A stretch of DNA of 44,106 nucleotides from a virus. Of this stretch, positions 8,149 through 15,840 are shown piece after piece (position 1 is the first letter of the stretch; the number at the start of each line of letters is the position of its first letter). The stretch spans positions 1 through 44,106 of the IMG/VR virus record IMGVR_UViG_3300042934_000260, one strand, 5' to 3'. A program made the position numbers and the translations under genes. The notes under the pieces are model-generated. The model had not been told where the DNA came from. It did not search any database and was given only the letters and a program-made list of their open reading frames with translations.

Positions 8149-9839
8149 TATTGGACAACATGTTCCCTTGGAACGACAACACATCTGGCGATATCGCAAG
8201 TCAGACGAACCCCCGGTATGAGACACCGATGGGGGCACAGCAAAAGGCAAACACGGCTCGAGATGCTGCAATAGAGGTGGCTGCGCTGGCTTTGGCGTTC
8301 CACAAGTCTCGCGGCAATGACGAACATCCGCTGGCAACGATTGCGGACGCTGGTTTCATGTCGGCGGCAGATAAATATAAAGCGGACACGTCGACCTTAT
8401 TTGCACAGGAGAACCAAAATGCGTTTTCTGGCGTGAATGACATTTCGGCGACAACCAAAACCGACAACGTGTATTTCGTCGGCGGTGTTGGCATCACGGT
8501 TACGACGGATCCTGCAACCAAAAAAGTCACCATCACCGCAACGGGAACTAGCACGCCGGGTCCACATGCTTTTTCGCACCTAACGGGCGGGAGTGATCCG
8601 ATTCCGGTAGCTACAGCGGGTAGTGACGGCTTGATGAGCAAAGATAGCGTGACCTCCTTAAGTAGTGCAAGGTCAAGGCTGGACAACATGTTCCAGATCG
8701 CCCCGTCTGTTATGACTATTCCGCTGAAAAACGATTACCGAGGCTGGCAGGGCGTTGCTGTAAGCGATGACTTGATTTATGTACTGACGGATCGGAATGA
8801 ATCCTTCGGTCTTGAAAACATCATTTCCGTATACTCGCTTGATGGAGTTTTTCAATCGGAAATTCGGGCAGTGTACACAGCAACGGATCCGCAAGGAAAG
8901 TTCATGTCATTCGGCGATGGAAATGTAATTGATGGAGCACTTTATGTGACAGCTTACAACGTGAACAGCGGCGGCACACCTTTGGTCAGCCGCGTTTTAA
9001 AGTATACCTTGCCTGGATTAACACTATCGGAGACGTATGCTATCGGATCAGGGACGGCTGAATCGGTTACCAAGTACAACAATGCGTATTGGGTGGTTTA
9101 TTACGACATCTTGGCTGTCCGCAAATACGATCTCAATTTCAACTTCGTTCAAGAATATCCGCTGCCTGCGATCGAAGCCCCCCACGGATACTTCCAAGGG
9201 TCTTTCTGGGAAGATGGGTATTTCTATGCTAATTTGCATGGCCATAATGTAAATGAATCCTCCAGTCCGTTTGCAAAACTTGTGCGGTATTCATTTGACG
9301 GCACGTCGTTTACGTTTGATCAAGCGATTACCCCGCCTACACTTGGATGTTCGCAAGGCGTGTCAATTTATGAAGGTTTCTATGTTTGGAACGATAGGCC
9401 GAACAATGTAGTAGTAATTACCAAAAACAAAAGTGTGGCAACCATCTATCCAACAACTCTTCCGCTTCGAAAACAGAATACTTTTAAGCCGGAGCTGTTA
9501 AACGGTTGGACAAATTTTGATACTACGTATGACCGTACCGCCCGGATTACAGTCCAGAATGGGATAGTTTATTTTTCGGGAATCATTCAAAACCCTTCCA
9601 ACCCTGATGCTTACAACGGAGCAACAAGAATTTTTAAAATACCGACCCTATATGCTCCAAAATTCAACACAAACTTCTTGGCTCTCACAGATAAAGGTCC
9701 GATGCGCATGCCAGTAGTAGGGAAAAACACAGTTCAGCCAGCCGAACAGATCGGAAATGTCAATGTGCAGAATATCCTAGCGTATTCGAACATTACATGG
9801 CTTTCGCTCGATGGCATTAGTTATCCGATTTTGGAATAA
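8142..9839 (+). CDS. Tail fibre / receptor-binding protein (N-terminal fibre motifs, C-terminal beta-propeller-like domain)
   Basis: Contains HPLATIADAGFMSAADKYK and SDGLMSKDS, which are AGFMSxxDK-type motifs common in phage tail fibres, plus HAFSHLTGGSDPIP. The start is GTG 8142 (overlapping the previous stop) or ATG 8160. Confidence 0.6.
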   Translation: MVILDNMFPWNDNTSGDIASQTNPRYETPMGAQQKANTARDAAIEVAALALAFHKSRGNDEHPLATIADAGFMSAADKYKADTSTLFAQENQNAFSGVNDISATTKTDNVYFVGGVGITVTTDPATKKVTITATGTSTPGPHAFSHLTGGSDPIPVATAGSDGLMSKDSVTSLSSARSRLDNMFQIAPSVMTIPLKNDYRGWQGVAVSDDLIYVLTDRNESFGLENIISVYSLDGVFQSEIRAVYTATDPQGKFMSFGDGNVIDGALYVTAYNVNSGGTPLVSRVLKYTLPGLTLSETYAIGSGTAESVTKYNNAYWVVYYDILAVRKYDLNFNFVQEYPLPAIEAPHGYFQGSFWEDGYFYANLHGHNVNESSSPFAKLVRYSFDGTSFTFDQAITPPTLGCSQGVSIYEGFYVWNDRPNNVVVITKNKSVATIYPTTLPLRKQNTFKPELLNGWTNFDTTYDRTARITVQNGIVYFSGIIQNPSNPDAYNGATRIFKIPTLYAPKFNTNFLALTDKGPMRMPVVGKNTVQPAEQIGNVNVQNILAYSNITWLSLDGISYPILE

Positions 9840-9903
9840 TACATGGGATCGCAGCAATCAATTGAGGTATAATATCCTCATTAATTGTATGAGGAGACCG
9901 CCG

Positions 9904-10992
9904 ATGAGAAATTTAGGATTGGATATTGCACGGAGCGCGGCCATTATCATGGTTTTAATTAGCCACAGCCGTTTTTTCTTCACTCAGTATACAGATTTAC
10001 AGTTTCTATCTTTCAATGGACTTTTAGGGGTTGAACTGTTTTTTGTGCTAAGCGGGTTCTTGATCGGCGGGATTTTACTGAGAGATCTCTACGAAGAGGG
10101 CGGATCTCTGATGCGGTTTTATTCGAGGCGTTGGCTTCGAACGCTGCCTGCTTATTTTCTAGTGTTAAGCGTCTTGTTAGTAGTTGCAGTTGCTAATCAA
10201 GAGCCATGGTTTCTCCAACATTATTTATTTATCCAGAATTTTAATTATGAGCAAATGTCTTTCTTCCCTGTATCTTGGAGTTTATCAATCGAAGAGTGGT
10301 TTTACCTTTTAAGTGCTCCGCTGCTCTTGATGATTTCCAAAATCTCGGGTAAGCATAAAAAGGAATGGTTCTTCGCCTTCTGCCTTCTCGTAATCGCGGG
10401 ATCGATTATCGCAAAGGTCCTGCATGTTTACTGGAATAATCCGCCGTGGGATGCTGGAGTGCGTAAACAAATATTCTTCCGGATGGATAGCTTTATTTTC
10501 GGAATAGGACTTGCTGGTATTAAGCATTACTACCAATCGTTTTATGAAAAAGTAAAAGCATCTCATCTGTTCGTGCTGTCGATCAGCATGCTGGCGTTGA
10601 TTGTTGCCTATTATGTCGGTTCATTAGAAGCGGGGAAGGAAGCAATCAACCACTCTTTCATTGGAAGAACGATTTTGTTCGACGCCATTTCATTCTCGTT
10701 TATGTTGATGATCTGGGCTCTTGAAAAAAGCAAAAGGGTCAATAATATTCAGGGAATTGTTCGTAAATCAGCACTGTATGTCGCTCTTTTGAGCTATTCG
10801 CTTTATCTAGTACACTTTGAAATATTTTTTTTCGTTATTGATAAAACAACTGCAAACACATCCGTTTATCTGCAGGCACTCTTCCTGCTTTTATCTATAG
10901 GATGTTCTTTTATCCTGGCTCACATCATCTATAAATATTGGGAACTTCCTTTCATCAAAATGCGGGAGAGGAAAAAGAGTATACAACGTTAG
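9904..10992 (+). CDS. Acyltransferase family 3 (OafA/Oac-like integral membrane O-acyltransferase)
   Basis: About 10 predicted TM segments. The N-terminus LDIARSAAIIMVLISHS and the SLSIEEWFY motif are typical of acyltransferase_3. The most likely start is ATG 9904, preceded by aggaga. AT-rich relative to its flanks. Confidence 0.75.
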   Translation: MRNLGLDIARSAAIIMVLISHSRFFFTQYTDLQFLSFNGLLGVELFFVLSGFLIGGILLRDLYEEGGSLMRFYSRRWLRTLPAYFLVLSVLLVVAVANQEPWFLQHYLFIQNFNYEQMSFFPVSWSLSIEEWFYLLSAPLLLMISKISGKHKKEWFFAFCLLVIAGSIIAKVLHVYWNNPPWDAGVRKQIFFRMDSFIFGIGLAGIKHYYQSFYEKVKASHLFVLSISMLALIVAYYVGSLEAGKEAINHSFIGRTILFDAISFSFMLMIWALEKSKRVNNIQGIVRKSALYVALLSYSLYLVHFEIFFFVIDKTTANTSVYLQALFLLLSIGCSFILAHIIYKYWELPFIKMRERKKSIQR

Positions 10993-11010
10993 AGTGTGTT
11001 CGGATTAGAG

Positions 11011-11040
11011 AGGCTTGCGCCGACTGCGCAGGCTTTTTTT
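11011..11040 (+). terminator. Rho-independent terminator 1 after the acyltransferase gene
   Basis: Stem GCTTGCGC / GCGCAGGC, loop CGACT, then T7. Confidence 0.8.
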
Positions 11041-11042
11041 GT

Positions 11043-11065
11043 ATCTGTCGATACAGATTTTTTTG
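11043..11065 (+). terminator. Rho-independent terminator 2 (tandem)
   Basis: Stem ATCTGT / ACAGAT, loop CGAT, then T7. Confidence 0.65.
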
Positions 11066-11125
11066 TGAAAGGAGCCGTACCATGCAAGGATGGGTTTCCA
11101 AAGTAAAAACGCAAGGAGGGTGAAC

Positions 11126-11695
11126 ATGAAAACATCCGACATCATCGCCGAAGCCGACATTCTCGTCCCAAACAACGTTCCTTCTGCTAACAAGGTGGTA
11201 CAGCTCAATTCACTTGTGACCGATTTCTACAACGCCGTAAAGATCCCGAAAGTCGCAAAGTTCACCACGGTTGCAGGACAAGCGGATTACGCTCTCGGAA
11301 CAGACATACGCTCGAAGAACATCGACAAGGTACAGGTCGAGAACTTCCGGTACGCCAGCATCGAACGAGACGACTACCAGCCGACGCAGACGGGGTTTAT
11401 CTTTGACGACGACACTTCCACCCTGTCGCTCAATCCAGCGCCGTATGATGTTCTACCGGCGTTTGTGCGCTACCACAAGATCGCAACGTCGTTTGTCACG
11501 AGCGCGAACCTTGAAGCGGTCCCGGGCATCCCGAGTGAGTATCATTGGACGTTGGTGCCGGCACTGGCTGCTTATCTTGCCAAGACGCAAGACGATGGGA
11601 TCAAGGCCGCGAACTATGAAGCCGAGTACAAAGCCGCTTGGAATGTAGCGTCTCAAAACTACGTACAAGCGGCGTCGGGAGCTGATGCGCAGTGA
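11126..11695 (+). CDS. Head-to-tail adaptor-like protein (P22 gp4 / T7 gp11 position)
   Basis: RBS aaggaggg followed by ATG 11126, giving 189 aa. It immediately precedes the 476-aa hub-like gene and is a paralogue of 7522..8148. Confidence 0.5.
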   Translation: MKTSDIIAEADILVPNNVPSANKVVQLNSLVTDFYNAVKIPKVAKFTTVAGQADYALGTDIRSKNIDKVQVENFRYASIERDDYQPTQTGFIFDDDTSTLSLNPAPYDVLPAFVRYHKIATSFVTSANLEAVPGIPSEYHWTLVPALAAYLAKTQDDGIKAANYEAEYKAAWNVASQNYVQAASGADAQ

Positions 11696-13122
11696 GACCA
11701 GCGCAGTACACACAACCACAGTATCAAGACGTAGGCGGGGTTCTCCCGCCTATTTCTGTGCGCACCATTAACGGATTGAACGCCTATGATCCGCTTTCGA
11801 TCGACGACAGTTATTTGACCGATTCGTTGAATATGACGACCCGAGACTTTCCTGCTGTATCCACAAGGCCGGGATATCGGACGATTGCAACGTTCGGAAG
11901 AGTGCTGGGCATGTATACGTTCGGACGCTACATTCACGCCATCTTTTCGGACGGGACTTGGAGGAGGGGGCTGAATTCCTCTCCAACATTCTCCTGGCAA
12001 ACATTGACGAGTGGGTTGCCGTCTGGCGGAATCGCATACACCTTCACGGCCTACCAAGGCGAGTACGACGCGCCGAGAATCTTTGTGGCTGGTGGCAGCC
12101 AAGTCTACATGTACGACGGCACATCCGTTTCCGTTCTCAATGGTGCGCCGAGCAATTCGCGGTTCATCACGACGTTTCAAAATAGATTGTGGGTGATGTC
12201 CGGTAATGAATTGCTGGCATGTGCTGTCGATTCCTCGACCATCTGGAACCGATTCAACGGCGGTGCAGGCGACAGTTACGGTCGACAGATTGAAACACCG
12301 GATGGCACGGGCGTAACCGGGCTCGCGGCAAGCACCACGTTCATGCTGATTACGTCAGCTACCAGCATCCAAGAATTGACCGGCACAGACCCCACCAATT
12401 TCTCTTTGCGAACAGTAGATGAAGAGTCCGGAGCCGCGAACAACACCGCGATCACGAACATGAAAGGCGTTTACTACACCATCGGTGAAAACGGCATGTT
12501 CCAATACGCGGGCGGTACGCTTCCGGATAGCAGCTTCTTCGAGATCATCAGCAACCGGTTCAAAGAAAAAGTGCTGTTGGGCGGTCCCGGCGTCAGTGCT
12601 GGTGTAGCGCTGGGCAGCATTTTTATGGGTGACGCTTTACGGATGTACGTTTACGACCCGAGGCAGGGCGTGAATGCTTGGAGCATCTGGGGCGGCGACA
12701 TCTTTCTGCAAGCGGTAGAGGTTGAGGGAGACGGGTTTAAAATGGCTCCTGCGATCTCGACAGCAACCAACAAAATCCTTCTCTTTGATCAAACGACGGA
12801 TGATGGAGCGCCGATCTCATGGCAGATCACGACCAAGCCGTTCAACAACGCTTCGATGGCGCAAAAACAGCGGTGGTACAAACTGTTCGTGACCATGACG
12901 TTCACCGGGAGCGTTCAGATCTCCCTGTCCAATCAAGTCTCCGGCGAGTCCTGGGAACAGGTGGTATCACTGACGGGATCCGGCAGCCCGGAAGTGCAGC
13001 GCGTCATCATCCCTGTTCAAAAGTATGCACGAGAAAACTACATCCGTATTCGAATCGCTGGTCAGGGTACGTGCAAGATCCACGAAATCACGCGGCAGGC
13101 TCGTCAGTTGCCGCTTTATTAG
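11692..13122 (+). CDS. Tail hub / nozzle-like protein (P22 gp10 or T7 gp12 position)
   Basis: 476 aa. N-terminus is ...INGLNAYDPLSIDDSYLTDSLNMTT-x7-STRPGY, then a beta-propeller-like repeat character. GTGA overlap with the upstream gene. Confidence 0.5.
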   Translation: MRPAQYTQPQYQDVGGVLPPISVRTINGLNAYDPLSIDDSYLTDSLNMTTRDFPAVSTRPGYRTIATFGRVLGMYTFGRYIHAIFSDGTWRRGLNSSPTFSWQTLTSGLPSGGIAYTFTAYQGEYDAPRIFVAGGSQVYMYDGTSVSVLNGAPSNSRFITTFQNRLWVMSGNELLACAVDSSTIWNRFNGGAGDSYGRQIETPDGTGVTGLAASTTFMLITSATSIQELTGTDPTNFSLRTVDEESGAANNTAITNMKGVYYTIGENGMFQYAGGTLPDSSFFEIISNRFKEKVLLGGPGVSAGVALGSIFMGDALRMYVYDPRQGVNAWSIWGGDIFLQAVEVEGDGFKMAPAISTATNKILLFDQTTDDGAPISWQITTKPFNNASMAQKQRWYKLFVTMTFTGSVQISLSNQVSGESWEQVVSLTGSGSPEVQRVIIPVQKYARENYIRIRIAGQGTCKIHEITRQARQLPLY

Positions 13123-13132
13123 GAGGTGCACC

Positions 13133-13387
13133 TTGGATAGAAAGCCTCTGGGCATACAGCGCCTGAAAGACAAGCCGACCGAGCAGGAAACACATGAGTA
13201 CATCCGGTCAATCGCTGATGCTCTCGTCCGCATGTCAAAAGAAACCTTGACGCTGCCCACGGTTACGGACTATGGCGAGGATATCGAAGCGATCAAGACG
13301 GAGAACGCAGAGACGCAGGTCACATTAACCAGTCTGCAAGATCAGATTGACAATTTGAGAGGCCGTATCGAGGCATTGGAGGGATGA
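13133..13387 (+). CDS. Small coiled-coil protein (84 aa from TTG 13133)
   Basis: RBS aggaggtg lies 5 nt upstream of the TTG. The C-terminal heptads are LTSLQDQIDNLRGRIEALEG. Confidence 0.5.
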   Translation: MDRKPLGIQRLKDKPTEQETHEYIRSIADALVRMSKETLTLPTVTDYGEDIEAIKTENAETQVTLTSLQDQIDNLRGRIEALEG

Positions 13388-13390
13388 TAA

Positions 13391-15826
13391 ATGGCTCAAA
13401 CAAGCGGGTATACCTACGGCATCCGCAATGCACTGCAGCAAAAAGGGATCTCCGGCAACCAGGTCGGATTCAACAGCAAAACCGGCATGGTCACGATCGG
13501 CGGAAAAGATTTTATTAAGCCCGGCACCACATCCAACGGCGTATCGAATACCACACAGGCAGGATTCAACACAGCCTGGAGTTCGTTCAATGCGCCTTCG
13601 CAAACGCCTGTCATGGCTGCGGCTTCTGCCGCGGCTAAAGCGGCGCAGGCAGCCAAGACTCGGGTGACGAACCCAACGGCCGCGGTGATGCCTAAGGCGG
13701 CTCCTGTGACGGCTTATAACCCGGTCACACCGCAGCAGACGACGCTCGACAACATCAACAAAGCGATTCAACAACAGCAGCAGTATCAGTTCAAAGGACC
13801 GGAGACACCGTTCAGCTACGACCAAACGACAGACCCGGCGTACCAGGCCCAGCTTGCGGAGGCGAAACGTCAAGCCGAGATCCAGCAGCTTGATACGAAC
13901 GCACAACTTCGAGGCAATGGCCAAGGGAAGTCGTCCTACTCGGAAGCAGTGGCGTCTCAGATCGGCAATAACGCCGTGTCCAGCATCGCCAATAACCTTG
14001 TGCCTCAGCTTATGGCTGCGGCTTATCAGCGTTATAACGACACAGAGAACCGCGATCTGCAGGTTCAACAAATGAATTACGGAGTTGGCCAAGATGCGAT
14101 TTCCAATCTTGCAAATCAATATGGAATACAAAATCAAGAGTACTTCCAAAATCCAATGGCGGAGGCGGAGCTTACAGGGTCTTATCAATCACAGCCTATT
14201 AAGCAAGCGATTCAAGAAATCCGAGACCTCAAAGCACAATCCGAAGCGAAAGGAATTACAAAGGAGCAACGAGCGACCAACAGCGCGAAGGCTGATCAAA
14301 TTCGTTTGTTCCTCGACTCTCAAGGTGTGGATTCTCGACAATTCGGAGCTAACGTCAACCTGTCCGCAGCGACAAAGAACCAGAATCAAGGTGTTCGAAC
14401 GCTACAAGGACAGCAAGTCGATCTTCAAAACAGACAAGCCAACTTGGACGCTGCGCTTAACGTGGCGAACATGACCGGCCGTGTCGTGAATCCGCAGTCT
14501 GATTGGACCGGCCTGTTCCGACAAGCAAATAGCGGGAAAGCGCCACTCACGATGGCCGGACAGAACCAGAACTTCCAGCAGGGCATGCAGAATCGTCAGC
14601 AGAACTTCACGGAAGACAGCTTCATGAAAGAATTCAACGAGCGCGTGCGTTCGACCGGCGTACAAGAGGCGTTGGCTTGGGCTGCGCAGAACTTCCAAGA
14701 ATACAGCTACGACCGCAGCCAAACGGAAACAGAGAATCAAAACGCAATCTCCAACGATCAATGGTCGCAAACCATGGCGTATCAGCAAGTGCGGGATCAG
14801 GTCGGGGATTCGCAATGGCAGGCGCAGTTCGACGAAGATACGCGCCGTTACGGGTTGGACTATGCGCTTAATCAGCTCGTAACGAACAACCAAATCTCGC
14901 AATCCCAAGCCGACAGTGCTCGATCCGACGCACAGCTTGAACTGCAGCAAGATCAGTTCTCCTATGGCATGGCGAGCGATCAAGACGCGAAGAGCCAAGG
15001 TAAGACGGCTGATGCGTATGCGCCGTACATCGAGAGCGTGGCGAAGTATAACGAATCGGTAGACAAATTGGGTCAGCCTACAGGACAAAAAACATTGGGC
15101 AACCCCGATACCGTTAAACGCTCTATCCTTGCTTCGGGCCTTAACGATTACGAGCAGTACCGTCTCATGGAAATGTATGGTCTCTGGCCGTCAGGAGAAC
15201 CTATCCCCCCAAAGCCTAAAGCCTCGACGAACACGACTCTCGGCAACTTGGCAAAGAAATACGAGTCGTCGGGGAATCCGAGCACAATCGCTCGTAACGC
15301 TGGAGATATCGGCGGGGCGTCTTATGGTACGTATCAGATCACAGAAGGCACGATGCCTGGGTTTGTCAGCTACCTGAAGAACTCCGGTAATCCACTTTCT
15401 GGCTTGCTTAGTGGCGTTCAGATCGCCAGCAAGGCTTTCGACAGCGCTTGGAAAAATGCAGCTGCGCAAAATGGAGGCAGCGTTTTGAAAGCGGCCGAGG
15501 AAGGTTTTATTAAACAGTCACACTTTGACCCGGCTGCCAGCAGCATTAAGAGCAAGACGGGCGTTGATCTGACCAAACGTTCGAATGCAGTCCAACAAGT
15601 CCTTTGGTCGGTATCTGTCCAACACGGCCCAGGCGGAGCCAAAAACATCTTCTCAAGAGCCGGAATCAACAACAAAATGACGGACCGCCAGATCATTGAT
15701 GCTGTTTACAAAGAACGTTCAGCGAATAACGGGATGAAATACTTCCCGAGTTCTGGGCAGAACGTTCGGAACAGCGTCCTTCGCCGGTTCGAAAAAGAAT
15801 ATCAAGACGCGGTTAAAATGCTGTAG
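13391..15826 (+). CDS. Gln/Asn-rich internal virion/ejection protein with C-terminal lysozyme-like domain
   Basis: 811 aa. A long Q/N-rich helical body is followed, from about 15240, by KKYESSGNP...GGASYGTYQI, which has the catalytic-Glu context of lytic transglycosylase or lysozyme-like folds. Confidence 0.55.
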   Translation: MAQTSGYTYGIRNALQQKGISGNQVGFNSKTGMVTIGGKDFIKPGTTSNGVSNTTQAGFNTAWSSFNAPSQTPVMAAASAAAKAAQAAKTRVTNPTAAVMPKAAPVTAYNPVTPQQTTLDNINKAIQQQQQYQFKGPETPFSYDQTTDPAYQAQLAEAKRQAEIQQLDTNAQLRGNGQGKSSYSEAVASQIGNNAVSSIANNLVPQLMAAAYQRYNDTENRDLQVQQMNYGVGQDAISNLANQYGIQNQEYFQNPMAEAELTGSYQSQPIKQAIQEIRDLKAQSEAKGITKEQRATNSAKADQIRLFLDSQGVDSRQFGANVNLSAATKNQNQGVRTLQGQQVDLQNRQANLDAALNVANMTGRVVNPQSDWTGLFRQANSGKAPLTMAGQNQNFQQGMQNRQQNFTEDSFMKEFNERVRSTGVQEALAWAAQNFQEYSYDRSQTETENQNAISNDQWSQTMAYQQVRDQVGDSQWQAQFDEDTRRYGLDYALNQLVTNNQISQSQADSARSDAQLELQQDQFSYGMASDQDAKSQGKTADAYAPYIESVAKYNESVDKLGQPTGQKTLGNPDTVKRSILASGLNDYEQYRLMEMYGLWPSGEPIPPKPKASTNTTLGNLAKKYESSGNPSTIARNAGDIGGASYGTYQITEGTMPGFVSYLKNSGNPLSGLLSGVQIASKAFDSAWKNAAAQNGGSVLKAAEEGFIKQSHFDPAASSIKSKTGVDLTKRSNAVQQVLWSVSVQHGPGGAKNIFSRAGINNKMTDRQIIDAVYKERSANNGMKYFPSSGQNVRNSVLRRFEKEYQDAVKML

Positions 15827-15840
15827 AAAGGAGGCGCCGT

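Noticed and set aside
9831-9873. Full sigma-A promoter for the acyltransferase gene
   Set aside because: Only a good -10 (TATAAT, 9868-9873) is present. The nearest TTGGAA is 31 nt upstream, so independent transcription is possible but not demonstrated by the sequence.
13391-15826. Tape-measure protein
   Set aside because: It is helical, long and carries a lytic domain as some TMPs do. However, there is no tail tube gene, no chaperone pair with a slippery frameshift upstream, and no Dit or baseplate genes downstream. The flanking adaptor- and hub-like genes fit a podovirus ejection protein better. This remains unproven.
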